Below, piece after piece: positions 8,524-18,737 of a DNA stretch of 39,582 bases (its first letter is position 1; each line of letters begins with the position of its first letter). Below the pieces are notes generated by a model. It made no database searches and was not told the origin of the DNA. It saw only the letters and a list, made by a program, of their open reading frames with translations. The stretch is from assembly GCA_043789265.1 (NCBI GenBank), contig JAYWIB010000413.1, positions 1 to 39,582 on the forward strand, written 5' to 3'. The position numbers and the translations under genes are program-made. The stretch comes from Chitinophagaceae bacterium (GTDB taxonomy: Bacteria; Bacteroidota; Bacteroidia; Chitinophagales; Chitinophagaceae).

Positions 8524-9741
8524 CTAATGTGCGGCCCACTCTATTGTATCCAAATCTATACCTTCTTTATACATTTCCCACAAAGGACTCATCTCTCTTA
8601 ATTTTAAAACTGTTTCACTGATTGCCTTTATGGTGTAGTCAATTTGTTCATCAGTGGTAAACCTGCCCAGTCCAAAACGCAGGGAGCTGTGGGCCAAGTC
8701 ATCACCCAAACCCAATGCCTTTAATACATACGAAGGTTCCAGCGATGCAGACGTACAGGCCGATCCGGAACTGAGTGCAATGTTTTTATTAAAGCCCATC
8801 AGCAATCCTTCGCCTTCCACATGTTTAAAAGAAATATTGGTTACATGTGGCAGGCGATGTTCCCTGCTTCCGTTTACATAAGCTTCTTCCAGCTTCAGTA
8901 ATTCAGTTTCCAGGTAGTCACGCATTTTGCTGATGCGCCGTGTATCGGCTTCCATATCAAGCATACACACTTCGCAGGCCTTGCCAAAGCCAACTATGCC
9001 CGGCACATTTAAAGTACCACTACGCATTCCTCTTTCGTGGCCACCGCCATCCATTTGCGCCGTTACCTTTACCCGTGGATTTTTCCGGCGTACATACAAT
9101 GCACCCACGCCTTTTGGTCCGTACATTTTATGAGCAGTAAAGGCCATCAGGTCTATACCATCCTTATTTACATCCACCGGCATCTTACCCACTGCCTGTG
9201 TACCATCTGTAAAAAATAATACACCATTCTTTTTTGCAAGGGCGCTTATCTCCCTTACCGGCTGCACAGTGCCAATTTCGTTGTTGGCATACATAATGGC
9301 AATCAGGATGGTGGTTGGTTTTATGGCTGCTTCCAGTTCTTTCAAATCAATCAAACCTTCCCTGTTTACCTGCAGGTAAGTAACCTCACCTCCAATTTTT
9401 TCAATGTGCTTACAGGTATCCAGCACGGCTTTGTGTTCGGTGGTGGCAGTAATAATGTGATTGCCTTTGCTTGCATACATTTCATAAACACCTTTAATGC
9501 CCAGGTTATCCCCTTCTGTAGCGCCACTGGTAAAAATAATTTCTTTAGGGTCGGCACCAATCAGTTTGGCTACCTGCTCCCTTGCATAATCCACTGCTTC
9601 TTCAGCCTCCCATCCAAAGGGATGATTGCGGCTTGCAGCATTGCCATAATGTTCCAGAAAGTATGGTGTCATTGCCTCCAGCACACGTGGATCCATGGGT
9701 GTGGTGGCATTGTTATCTAAGTAAATGGGTAACTTCAGCAT
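8524..9741 (-). CDS. iscS: Cysteine desulfurase IscS (start revised to MLKLPIYLD)
   Basis: Motifs [33 protein letters not shown] and [10 protein letters not shown]. Confidence 0.96.
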   Translation of the reverse strand: MLKLPIYLDNNATTPMDPRVLEAMTPYFLEHYGNAASRNHPFGWEAEEAVDYAREQVAKLIGADPKEIIFTSGATEGDNLGIKGVYEMYASKGNHIITATTEHKAVLDTCKHIEKIGGEVTYLQVNREGLIDLKELEAAIKPTTILIAIMYANNEIGTVQPVREISALAKKNGVLFFTDGTQAVGKMPVDVNKDGIDLMAFTAHKMYGPKGVGALYVRRKNPRVKVTAQMDGGGHERGMRSGTLNVPGIVGFGKACEVCMLDMEADTRRISKMRDYLETELLKLEEAYVNGSREHRLPHVTNISFKHVEGEGLLMGFNKNIALSSGSACTSASLEPSYVLKALGLGDDLAHSSLRFGLGRFTTDEQIDYTIKAISETVLKLREMSPLWEMYKEGIDLDTIEWAAH

Positions 9742-9864
9742 ATTCTTTTTTTGTTTTGTCTGATAACACGAAATTACTACAAAAGGTTTTATTTTAGTTC
9801 CCTCATTAACCTGCACAGCGTCTATTTACCTATTTCGTAAATGCTAAATAATAATTAATAATGT

Positions 9865-10269
9865 ATGCTTAAAATTGAACACATTGGCATTGCTGTAAAA
9901 GAACTGTCAACATCCATTCCATTGTTTGAAAAGTTGTTGAACAGCCATTGCTACAAAACAGAAATGGTGGAAAGCGAAAATGTACATACGGCTTTTTTTA
10001 AACAGGCAGAAACAAAAATTGAACTGCTGGAAAGCACCACAGCAGATGGCGTGATAGCCAGCTTCCTCAGCAAAAAAGGCGAAGGCATACACCATATTGC
10101 TTTTGAAGTAAGCGACATCCACGGGGAAATGGAACGACTGAAAAAAGAAGGTTTTGTACTATTGAATGAACAACCAAAAGATGGCGCCGATAATAAACTG
10201 GTTTGTTTTCTTCATCCCAAAGGAACCAATGCTGTGCTGGTGGAATTGTGTATGGAGAAAAAAAGCTAA
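9865..10269 (+). CDS. mce: Methylmalonyl-CoA epimerase
   Basis: VOC-fold motifs IEHIGIAV, KIELLE, GIHHIAF, FLHPK and VLVEL. Confidence 0.9.
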   Translation: MLKIEHIGIAVKELSTSIPLFEKLLNSHCYKTEMVESENVHTAFFKQAETKIELLESTTADGVIASFLSKKGEGIHHIAFEVSDIHGEMERLKKEGFVLLNEQPKDGADNKLVCFLHPKGTNAVLVELCMEKKS

Positions 10270-10288
10270 CATGCAATATTTTCGTTAC

Positions 10289-11032
10289 TCATCCTGTTCG
10301 TTTGCTCCCATTGCTTCTATCGAAAAAACGTATCAGCAGCAATCCGCAAAGAAACCCGCCAATATGTGCAGCATAGGCTATACCGCCCTCACCGCCAAGC
10401 ATACCCAGGCCATTGATGATTTGAAAAAAAATCCACAAGCCCAATGCAACAAATGCAGGCACAGGCAAAATAAAACCAAGCAAAAATGAGTATACTTTTT
10501 TGCGTGGAAATAAAAACATGTATGCCCCCAGCACACCACTGATAGCGCCGGAAGCGCCCAGGCTGGGTGTAAGCGAATTTTGCTGCATAAAAAAAGTAGA
10601 GAACACATGGCTGAGCGAAGCCACTATACCACACAGCAGGTAAAAGAGTAAATAACGTACGCTGCCCAGGCGGTTTTCCAAGTTATCACCAAAAATAAAA
10701 AGGTAAAGCATATTGCCCAGCAGGTGCGCCCATCCGCCATGCATAAACATAGAAGTAACCAAAGTGGCATACACCGGCACACCCGTAGAGCCAAGGCCTG
10801 GTATGTGATAAACAATGCCGGTATAAGGATCGGTTATATCCCTTGCTGCAGTTACAATGTCCCTGCCGGTTAATATTTCAGCCGGTATAGTGGAGTAGCC
10901 AAACGTAAAAGCATTTTCCCCGCTCATACCCTGCAGAAAAATAAATACGGCCACATTCACTGCAATCAAAAAGATGTTTACAACAGCCCTCGTTTTTATT
11001 TCTGAGTTATCATCACTGATGGGTATAAGCAT
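10289..11032 (-). CDS. Rhomboid family intramembrane serine protease
   Basis: Motifs FMHGGWAHLLGNM, GASGAISG and AHIGG. Confidence 0.93.
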   Translation of the reverse strand: MLIPISDDNSEIKTRAVVNIFLIAVNVAVFIFLQGMSGENAFTFGYSTIPAEILTGRDIVTAARDITDPYTGIVYHIPGLGSTGVPVYATLVTSMFMHGGWAHLLGNMLYLFIFGDNLENRLGSVRYLLFYLLCGIVASLSHVFSTFFMQQNSLTPSLGASGAISGVLGAYMFLFPRKKVYSFLLGFILPVPAFVALGLWIFFQIINGLGMLGGEGGIAYAAHIGGFLCGLLLIRFFDRSNGSKRTG

Positions 11033-11064
11033 TTAATAAATCTTAAAATTTCAAAAAAATATGT

Positions 11065-11703
11065 TTAGTTAAAAAATGGATTTTCTCTCTTCTCCTCTCC
11101 AATGGTGGTTGGCTCCCCGTGGCCGCTGTATACAATTGTTTCATCCGGCAGTACAAATAATTTTGTGCGTATGCTGTTGATTAAAGTGGCATGATTACCC
11201 AGCGGCAAATCTGTTCTGCCAATACTGCGGTTGAACAATACATCTCCTCCAATAATAAAATGCTGAGCTTCGTTATAAAAACAAATACTGCCCGGCGAAT
11301 GCCCCGGCGCCTCTATTACTTTCAACGCATCATTACCCAGCATAATTGTATCACCTTCTTTTAAATAAATAAATGAGCCGGTATAATTATCAAAGGGCAG
11401 GTTGTACATCAGTCCCGATGTGGGTGCAAATGCCAATACCTTTTCTTCCAGCGGATGAATGCGGGGAATAATACCAAATCTTTCTGAAACAAATTTGTTG
11501 CCGAACACATGATCCAGGTGGCAATGCGTATTAAGCAGTATTTTAACTTCAAGTTTGTTTTCCAGAATAAACTCAACAAGGGTATTTTTTTCCTCATCAA
11601 AATAACAGCCCGGGTCTATAATAATGCAATGCCGCTCTTCATTAAACAGCACGTAGGTATTTTCCTGTATGGGGCTAAAAACAAAACTTTTGAGGTGAAA
11701 CAT
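11065..11703 (-). CDS. MBL-fold metallohydrolase (glyoxalase II-like)
   Basis: Motifs THCHLDH, PGHSPG, GDVLF, GRTDL and GHG. Confidence 0.93.
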   Translation of the reverse strand: MFHLKSFVFSPIQENTYVLFNEERHCIIIDPGCYFDEEKNTLVEFILENKLEVKILLNTHCHLDHVFGNKFVSERFGIIPRIHPLEEKVLAFAPTSGLMYNLPFDNYTGSFIYLKEGDTIMLGNDALKVIEAPGHSPGSICFYNEAQHFIIGGDVLFNRSIGRTDLPLGNHATLINSIRTKLFVLPDETIVYSGHGEPTTIGEEKRENPFFN

Positions 11704-11783
11704 GTAACAATTATTTAAGCATTTAAGCGATATTTTTACGATTGATGGTAAAGGACTAATTTTATAAAAATATCAATTTTAAC

Positions 11784-14700
11784 ATGATAAAGTTCAGCAG
11801 AATATTTTTTTCGATCACAATCATTTTTCTCTCCGTTCCTTTTGCAGGTTTTTCTCAAATAGTGAATGCAGTTGAGTTTGGACGAAACAGGGTGCAGTTT
11901 AAAAAATTTAAATGGCAATATTATCAATCCCGCAATTTTAATACTTACTTCAATCAAAATGGCGGAGAACTGGCAAAGTTTGTAATGCAGGTGGCAGAAG
12001 AAGAACTACCCGATATTGAAAGCTTTACAGAGTACAGCCTGCAGCGCAGGGCAAACATAATTGTATACAATGAGTTTGCAGATATGCAGCAATCAAATAT
12101 TGGAATGGGCATTGACTGGCAAAACACCGGCGGTGCCACCAAGCTGGTAAACAATAAACTGGTGGTATATTTCAATGGCGATCATGAACACCTGCGCAGG
12201 CAGATACGGCAGGGTATTGCAAGGGTAATTACAGATAATATTTTATTTGGCGAAGACCTTGGTGAATTTGCCGGCAACCAGGCGCTGCTTGATTTACCTA
12301 AATGGATGATTGATGGCTATGTGGATTTTGCTGCGGAAAACTGGAGTACGGCACTCGACGATGAATTGAAAAGCGAAATATTAAGCGGCAATTATAAAAA
12401 ATTTTATGCCTTTGCTTTTGATAAACCCTACCTGGCCGGTCATGCGTTCTGGTATTTTATAGAAGAAAAATATAAGAAAGAAAACGCCACCTACTTTTTT
12501 TATCTGGCAAGGGTGTACAAAAATCTTAACAGAGCCAGCATGCAAATATGCAAGCAAAAGTTCAAAAGCCTCCTCAATGAGTTTATGGAGTATGAGGAAG
12601 AAAAGTACAGCAATGACATACGCCGCAGAAAACCCTATCCCAAAGGTAGCGTGGTGGAAAGTTTTGACATTAATAAACGCCAGAATTATTACCGCATCAA
12701 TGTAAACCCAAATAAAAAAAATAACAGCTATGCAGTAACGGAATATAAAAAAGGGATTGTGAAATTGAAACTGATGGAAGATTTTGAATACAGCACTTTA
12801 TTGAAATATGGCATACGCAGTTATCAAAATGAAACAAATCCGGATTACCCGCTGGTGGCCTGGGATCCAAAAGGCACAAGGCTCACCGTAATTTATAACC
12901 AGGAAGGAAGATTGAAATTGTTTGTGTATGATGTGGTAACACGTATAAAATTTCCAAAGCTTGATATTACAGAACAGTTTCAGCAGGTGCAGGATGTAAA
13001 GTTTATGCTGGACAGCCGCACGCTTTTATTAAGCGCCACCAAAAACGGGCACAGCGATATTTTTATTTACAATCTTGAAACAGAAAAAGTACAGCAGGTA
13101 ACAGATGATGTGTATGCAGATTTAGATCCCAGCTTTGTTTCGTTCCCGGGTAAAACTGGTATTATTTTTTCCAGCAACCGGCCTGCGGCAGATACTAAGG
13201 GCGGTGACACGTCTATCCCCAGCCACAACCGCTACAATATTTTTTTGATAACCAACTTTGGGCAAAAAGCATCACTGAATCAAATTACCCAATTGTCAAA
13301 TTTAAAATATGGCAATGCCCGCTATCCCACACCGTACAACAGCAATCATTTTACTTTTATAAGTGATGAGAATGGCGTGGGCAACCGGTACGCAGGTTTT
13401 TTTACAACCAAGGCCGCAGGCCTGGATACACTCGTGCTGATAGGAGAAGATATTTTAAGAAATCCTTCGCCAGCGGAAGTGGACAGTGTGCTTAAAGTAA
13501 ATAAACAACAAGATGTGGATTCTATTGCTGTAATGGCTGTATCGCAGGATTCTGCGTATACTTTTCCGCTTACCAATTACCAAAGCAGCGTGGCTGAAAG
13601 CAGGATTGCCGGCGACAACAACCAGGTAAGTGAAGTTACCCGCCAGAGCGATGAAAAGGTTTTGTACAAATTAAAAATAGATGAAAATGTATTGCGCCGC
13701 CGCAATGTAACTGTGCCGCCTACCAGCTATATGAAAAGAATATTAATGGCGGATAAAATTGTAAAAGAAACATCCGAAAAATTTGATAAGCCTGCGGGGA
13801 GCGATAGTACAGTGAAACAAAATGATATTTTTCAAACTGAATTTGATACAGAAAGAAAAGACAGCGCAAAAAATGATGCTGTGCTGTTTACTTTACAGGA
13901 TGCTGCTCCGCCAAAATATGATGTGCTGAAAAAAGCAAAACTATACCCGTACAAGCCGGTAAAGTTCGGCGCAGAATATGGCGGGTTGGGATTTAGCAAT
14001 GCCATTTTATTTAACCGGTATCAGCCTTACCAGAGCGGACAAGGCCCTATTCGTCTCGGCTCAGAAACACCGCTGAATGGTTTATTGCGGCTGGGTACAT
14101 CTGAGCTGATGGAAGATGTAAAAATAACCGGAGGCCTGCGGCTGTCCACTAATTTAAAAGACAATGAATGGCTGCTGAGTTATCAGAATTTTAAGAGAAG
14201 GTTTGACTGGAGTCTTACTTATTACAGAAACGTTTTGCAAACGGTGGATTTTGAAAAGTCTCCTGGCAATGATGTGCTTACAAAAACCATTACCAATATT
14301 GCACAGGCCGGCATCTCTTATCCTTTTGACAATTCAAAAAGAGTAAGTTTTAATTTTGGATTGAGAAAAGACAGGGCGGTATATCTTACTGACATCCGGT
14401 ATGGTGATGGCGCTACTTTGAAAGAACCCGATGTATTAAAAACATTTGCCCAAACACATGTTGAATATGTATATGACAATACATTAAACCCCAGTCAGAA
14501 TATTTGGGAAGGGCTGCGGTATAAAATATTTTTTGACTGGAATACCGATATCAGCAAAGAAAAAAATAATTCAGGGAAATTTAATTTCAACTGGGGTTTT
14601 GATGCCCGGTACTATTACCCGATATACCGCAACTTTATCTGGGCAGGCAGGGCTGCAGGCGACTTTAGCTGGGGCAGCCAAAAAACGTTGTATTACCTGG

Positions 14701-15200
14701 GTGGTGTGGATGGATGGCTGATGTTTGGCAATGCCAATAAATTCTTTTTACAAAATCCGCCCGCTGCTGATGCTGAATACACTTTTCAAAGCCTTGCTGT
14801 AAACATGCGTGGCTTTAAACAAAATATTGCCAATGGAAACAATGCGGTTACCCTCAACAGTGAGTTCAGGCTGCCGGTGCTGAGTACATTTTTTAACAGA
14901 CCGGTGAACAATGCTTTTTTACGCAATTTTCAACTGGTGCAATTTATTGATTTGGGTACCGCATGGAACGGTGCTTACAAAGGAATAAAACGTCCGGTAA
15001 TTGAATACTCCGCTCCTAACAGGCCTGATATACGGGTTATAAAAAAAGCAGGCGGCATTGGCCCGCTGGCCGGTGGCTATGGCTTTGGTGCCAGAAGTGT
15101 AGTGCTGGGATACTTTTTAAAATTTGATGCCGCATGGCAAATGAATGGCATCTTTAAGGGCAAGCCTATTTATTACATTAGTTTAGGACTTGATTTTTAA
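11784..15200 (+). CDS. Large outer-membrane protein: N-terminal helical domain, TolB/WD40-like propeller and Omp85-like barrel
   Basis: Signal peptide; PD40-like segments (SDIFIYNL, DLDPSF); MRGF resembling the Omp85 loop-6 motif; terminal beta-signal YISLGLDF. Confidence 0.75.
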   Translation: MIKFSRIFFSITIIFLSVPFAGFSQIVNAVEFGRNRVQFKKFKWQYYQSRNFNTYFNQNGGELAKFVMQVAEEELPDIESFTEYSLQRRANIIVYNEFADMQQSNIGMGIDWQNTGGATKLVNNKLVVYFNGDHEHLRRQIRQGIARVITDNILFGEDLGEFAGNQALLDLPKWMIDGYVDFAAENWSTALDDELKSEILSGNYKKFYAFAFDKPYLAGHAFWYFIEEKYKKENATYFFYLARVYKNLNRASMQICKQKFKSLLNEFMEYEEEKYSNDIRRRKPYPKGSVVESFDINKRQNYYRINVNPNKKNNSYAVTEYKKGIVKLKLMEDFEYSTLLKYGIRSYQNETNPDYPLVAWDPKGTRLTVIYNQEGRLKLFVYDVVTRIKFPKLDITEQFQQVQDVKFMLDSRTLLLSATKNGHSDIFIYNLETEKVQQVTDDVYADLDPSFVSFPGKTGIIFSSNRPAADTKGGDTSIPSHNRYNIFLITNFGQKASLNQITQLSNLKYGNARYPTPYNSNHFTFISDENGVGNRYAGFFTTKAAGLDTLVLIGEDILRNPSPAEVDSVLKVNKQQDVDSIAVMAVSQDSAYTFPLTNYQSSVAESRIAGDNNQVSEVTRQSDEKVLYKLKIDENVLRRRNVTVPPTSYMKRILMADKIVKETSEKFDKPAGSDSTVKQNDIFQTEFDTERKDSAKNDAVLFTLQDAAPPKYDVLKKAKLYPYKPVKFGAEYGGLGFSNAILFNRYQPYQSGQGPIRLGSETPLNGLLRLGTSELMEDVKITGGLRLSTNLKDNEWLLSYQNFKRRFDWSLTYYRNVLQTVDFEKSPGNDVLTKTITNIAQAGISYPFDNSKRVSFNFGLRKDRAVYLTDIRYGDGATLKEPDVLKTFAQTHVEYVYDNTLNPSQNIWEGLRYKIFFDWNTDISKEKNNSGKFNFNWGFDARYYYPIYRNFIWAGRAAGDFSWGSQKTLYYLGGVDGWLMFGNANKFFLQNPPAADAEYTFQSLAVNMRGFKQNIANGNNAVTLNSEFRLPVLSTFFNRPVNNAFLRNFQLVQFIDLGTAWNGAYKGIKRPVIEYSAPNRPDIRVIKKAGGIGPLAGGYGFGARSVVLGYFLKFDAAWQMNGIFKGKPIYYISLGLDF

Positions 15201-15211
15201 AAACTACAATA

Positions 15212-15877
15212 TTATCTTTTATAATTGCCCGGCTCATACAAAAGAGCGGGCAATTTTTTTATGGCATAATAAAGCAGGCTGAACAAACAGGTAAGCAGCA
15301 GCGTAACCATCCAGGTGCGGTAATGATGAAAAGGCATTAATAAATTAGCAGCCACCTCCTGCAATAAAGAAAAAGGATTGGTAATAATATCCCAGCTATT
15401 CCATCGTAAAAACCGTCCGATATACACACCGAACGATCCTGTAAATAAAACAGCAACCACCAGTTTTTCTGTATGCTTTGCAGAAATATTCTTTTTAAAA
15501 AATCTTTCTACCTGCAGTAAAGATGCGTAAGCCATTATTAAACCGGCAATGGCTGCCGTAAACAACAGCACCGCATCATACCAAACAGGCACCCGGTCAT
15601 TGATATTTTCCAGGTGCATTAAATCTGTTACGATGTATAAGGAATTGGGGAAGAACAACAACCATACAGGCAGTAAAACCCAGCAATGCCATCTGTGCTG
15701 CTGCCTGGTTACAGTTAGCAGCAGGGCAGGCTGAAAAGGAATCCATGCCAAAAACAAATTCCACAAAAGAAAAACATAGTGCAGGTTGTCAGCATATGCT
15801 ATACGCATCACCAGCATGCCGGCAATAAAAAAAATAAATGCGGCCATCAGCTTTTGTATTGAAGATAATTTAATCAT
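15212..15877 (-). CDS. DUF1361 family membrane protein
   Basis: Motifs WNLFLAWIP, WLLFFPNSLYIVTDLMHL and GRFLRWNSWD. Confidence 0.88.
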   Translation of the reverse strand: MIKLSSIQKLMAAFIFFIAGMLVMRIAYADNLHYVFLLWNLFLAWIPFQPALLLTVTRQQHRWHCWVLLPVWLLFFPNSLYIVTDLMHLENINDRVPVWYDAVLLFTAAIAGLIMAYASLLQVERFFKKNISAKHTEKLVVAVLFTGSFGVYIGRFLRWNSWDIITNPFSLLQEVAANLLMPFHHYRTWMVTLLLTCLFSLLYYAIKKLPALLYEPGNYKR

Positions 15878-16238
15878 AAAATTTTTTTATAAGGTGAAGA
15901 ATTTTTGGAAAAAAAATAATGCAGCCGATTATTACGCTGCCTGCTGCACTTATCAGCACAGCGCCTGCCGACATATCTTTTACTGCTTTAATAACAGGAT
16001 GCTGCTCGGAGGTAACAGCATCGCAAAGTTTTTCAATGGCGGTATTGAACAACTCAGCAGTAAGCACAAGCATACAGCAGCCGGTTACAAAAAGCCATTC
16101 AGCAGTGTGAATGCCTGCGTACACAGCAAAACCAACAACAGCCAGCATTACCAGCAGGTGTATCCTGAAATTTAACTGGGTGGTAAAGCAGTACCTGATT
16201 CCCTCCAGTGCATACCGAAATGATTTTATAAGCTTCAT
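15870..16238 (-). CDS. dgkA: Prokaryotic diacylglycerol/undecaprenol kinase (start revised to MKLIKSF)
   Basis: Motifs SFRYALEG, ELFNTAIEKLCD and KDMSAGAV. Confidence 0.9.
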   Translation of the reverse strand: MKLIKSFRYALEGIRYCFTTQLNFRIHLLVMLAVVGFAVYAGIHTAEWLFVTGCCMLVLTAELFNTAIEKLCDAVTSEQHPVIKAVKDMSAGAVLISAAGSVIIGCIIFFPKILHLIKKFYD

Positions 16239-16261
16239 GTTTCGCTTTATTAAATTAGGTG

Positions 16262-17653
16262 TCAAAAGTAAAGGAAAGCCTGTGCCGCAGGGATGCAGGC
16301 TTTCCATGTTTTATTAACTATTAACAGCACTCGCTTCTTCCGCTCCCATTTTACTTTTCTGCTGAAATACATAATAACAGCAAGCAGCACAAACAAACCA
16401 ATACTGCCAAACAGTAAGGCATCATCCTGCAGTTGGATCAATACATAAATAAACAGGTAGAGGGCAGAATGGATAAAAGTAAAAAGCAGTACCACCGGCC
16501 AGCGTTTAAAAATACTTTTTGTATACCATCCAATCAGCAGCACAGTAGCTGATGCTGCAATGGCATAAGCCTGGCTAAATGCAAGATATTCCGATATGGA
16601 AAGCAGCAATGTGTAAAAAATTACCAGTGCAAAACCTATCAGTATGTATTGCAGCGGATGCACATGCTGCCGGTAATAAATTTCAAAAAAGAAATAAACA
16701 AAAAATGTAAGGGCAATGAGAAGCACCGCATATTTTACACTTCGCATGGTTTGTCCATATCCATCTACCGGTTGCAACAATTTTAAACCGAATGCACTTT
16801 GTGCAATTACTTCCTGATTGATGCTGGTAAAGGACGAAGGAAAGTTTCTGTTGAAATGCAGCACCTTCCACGTAGCTGAAAATCCTTTGCTGGTTACGGT
16901 GCTTGTGTCAGGTAAATATTTTCCATCAAAAGCAGGATTGGGCCTTTCGCTTTTAAGGTGCATGGTGGTGGTACTTCCAAATGGACAAACATAAAATTTT
17001 TCGCTGCCCTTTAATGTAAGATCAATTGCAAAAGTATTTTGTCCTGTAAGCAACTCATCAGCCGTTAATTTAACGGGATTGCTTAAGCCGTCTGGCAACC
17101 AGCTTGCCCCCGGCACGCCGCTTTCGAACACCGATGCTGTACCATTCCATTTCATCATAAGATTTTCACCAATCCCTTTAAAATCGGCAATTCCCATACA
17201 CACAACCGCTTCATCAAAATGCAGCATTGTTATACTTACTGCAAGTTTTTCTGGTTTAGTTATTTTAAACGTACCTGTTAGTGTAAGACTGCTGTTATAC
17301 ACAGGCACTTTAAATATGCTGCGGTGTTTTATCAGCGGCTGCAGGCTGCCATTTATTTGCAGCTCTTCAGGCAGCAGGTACATGTATTTTTTTACTGTGG
17401 CAATGCTGTTGTTTGCAGCTTTTTCTTCCTGGTAATAGGGTATGGCTAAAAACGGACCGGTGATGGTTTGAGCCTCTGCCCATTTACTGCTTACTTCCTG
17501 CACCACCTCACCTCTTCTGTATTCCCTGTCGGTTACTAAAAACATAATAAAAAATGTGGGAATCAGCAGTACCAGTACCAGCATACCGATACAGAAAGAT
17601 TTAATAAGCAATTTGTTTTTTTGCCAAATACTAAGGGATGATGCAGGAGACAT
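16262..17653 (-). CDS. creD: Cell envelope integrity protein CreD
   Basis: Motifs LLIP, GPFLAIPY, RSIFKVPVY, PAFDGKYLP, RSVKYA, HPLQYILIG and LLLSISEY. Confidence 0.92.
   Translation of the reverse strand: MSPASSLSIWQKNKLLIKSFCIGMLVLVLLIPTFFIMFLVTDREYRRGEVVQEVSSKWAEAQTITGPFLAIPYYQEEKAANNSIATVKKYMYLLPEELQINGSLQPLIKHRSIFKVPVYNSSLTLTGTFKITKPEKLAVSITMLHFDEAVVCMGIADFKGIGENLMMKWNGTASVFESGVPGASWLPDGLSNPVKLTADELLTGQNTFAIDLTLKGSEKFYVCPFGSTTTMHLKSERPNPAFDGKYLPDTSTVTSKGFSATWKVLHFNRNFPSSFTSINQEVIAQSAFGLKLLQPVDGYGQTMRSVKYAVLLIALTFFVYFFFEIYYRQHVHPLQYILIGFALVIFYTLLLSISEYLAFSQAYAIAASATVLLIGWYTKSIFKRWPVVLLFTFIHSALYLFIYVLIQLQDDALLFGSIGLFVLLAVIMYFSRKVKWERKKRVLLIVNKTWKACIPAAQAFLYF
16264..16305 (-). terminator. 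Hairpin and U-rich tract at the creD 3' end
   Basis: GGAAAGCCTG...CAGGCTTTCC 10-bp stem (16273-16305) followed on the minus strand by TTTACTTTT. Confidence 0.6.
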
Positions 17654-17679
17654 GTTTATATGTTTTAAGTTATAAAAGC

Positions 17680-17696
17680 GCTTTGTTTTTCAAAGT
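17680..17696. promoter_or_regulatory. Palindromic operator upstream of creD
   Basis: GCTTTG-N5-CAAAGT; a second copy lies at 18721. Confidence 0.65.
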
Positions 17697-17712
17697 ATAA
17701 GTATAAAAAAAA

Positions 17713-18015
17713 TTACTTTGTGGCCTGTATCATTTTCTCCAATGCTTCCAAATGGGTTTTAAAAGCCTTCTCTCCCGCTTTGGTAACCGTATAGGTGGTA
17801 TTGGTTTTCCGGCCAATAAATCCCTTCTGCACTTTGATGGCAGCATTTTCTTCCAGCGCCTTTAAATGGCTGGCCAGGTTGCCATCTGTGATGCTCAGCA
17901 GTTCCTTTAGCTCATTAAAATTTACAGATTCATTTACCATCAGGGCACTCATTATCCCCAGCCGGATGCGGCTGTCAAAAATTTTATTTAAATTTTGTAT
18001 CGGGTTATTTGCCAA
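17713..18015 (-). CDS. Winged-helix transcriptional regulator (ArsR/MarR-like, HTH_34 type); likely TTG start
   Basis: Motifs LNKIFDSRIRLGIMS, TDGNLASHL, KGFIGRKTNT and T..G..AF..HL. Confidence 0.88.
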   Translation of the reverse strand: MANNPIQNLNKIFDSRIRLGIMSALMVNESVNFNELKELLSITDGNLASHLKALEENAAIKVQKGFIGRKTNTTYTVTKAGEKAFKTHLEALEKMIQATK

Positions 18016-18062
18016 AACAATTTCGTTTAATGGTGTGGGTGTTACTGGTTTAACATTGCTGC

Positions 18063-18713
18063 CTATGCATTCCGTTCGTATTTCCACCACATGTATGCAC
18101 CATATACAATGTGCAATACACCAAAACCTGCGGCCCAAAAATAAAGCCCATAGCCCGTAAAGTTGAGGTTAATCAACCCGAGCAGCACCTGTGCATAGCC
18201 AAGATAGCGTACTTCATCCAGCGTGTATTTACTGGCATTGATTAAGGCAAGGCCATAAAAAATAAGACAGCCTGGAGCTACCAGGCCAAATGTGCCAAAA
18301 TGAATTAGCCTGAAAAGATAAATGCCGCCTGCCAACAGTGGAATGCTCATATTTATCAGCAGGCGCCGGGCAGTGCTGCCCCATAGCGGAATACCCTGCT
18401 TCCTGCTCTTTATCCAGGTAAACAAAAAAGCAGCGGAAAGTGCAGCCACAAAAGTGCCTGCGGCAATCCAGAAAATCCAAGTGTTTAAAATAAATGCAGG
18501 GTCGCCGGGTGATGACAAGGCTGCCGCCTTTGTATTATCAATGATGTACTCTTTTGCACCCATTACATAATCATAAGATAAAGCAGCACCGATGAGTGCA
18601 CATATACCTGCACTGATACCGCTTAATCCACTTAAGCTGATAAAGCGGCTGCTGCGTTCCATCATTTGCTTAATGTGTTGCAAATGCTGCATTGATTGTT
18701 GTTGCTCGTTCAT
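18063..18713 (-). CDS. Conserved multi-pass membrane protein (start revised to MNEQQ)
   Basis: Motifs IKQMMERSSRFISLSGLSG, FYGLAL and GFGVLHIVYG; several hydrophobic helices; precedes the HTH gene. Confidence 0.8.
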   Translation of the reverse strand: MNEQQQSMQHLQHIKQMMERSSRFISLSGLSGISAGICALIGAALSYDYVMGAKEYIIDNTKAAALSSPGDPAFILNTWIFWIAAGTFVAALSAAFLFTWIKSRKQGIPLWGSTARRLLINMSIPLLAGGIYLFRLIHFGTFGLVAPGCLIFYGLALINASKYTLDEVRYLGYAQVLLGLINLNFTGYGLYFWAAGFGVLHIVYGAYMWWKYERNA

Positions 18714-18720
18714 AAAAAGC

Positions 18721-18737
18721 ACTTTGAATTGCAAAGT
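18721..18737. promoter_or_regulatory. Palindromic operator at the head of the operon
   Basis: Perfect ACTTTG-aattg-CAAAGT, 7 nt before the ATG at 18713. Confidence 0.7.

Noticed and set aside
7475-9741. isc operon lacking iscR, hscBA and fdx
   Set aside because: Minimal iscSUA clusters are not unusual outside Proteobacteria, and the missing genes may lie elsewhere.
9742-9816. N-terminal extensions in the ORF track for iscS (also dgkA, apaG, DUF4783 and the HTH regulator)
   Set aside because: These are longest-ORF artefacts; family-like sequence starts at downstream codons, mostly preceded by A-rich tracts.
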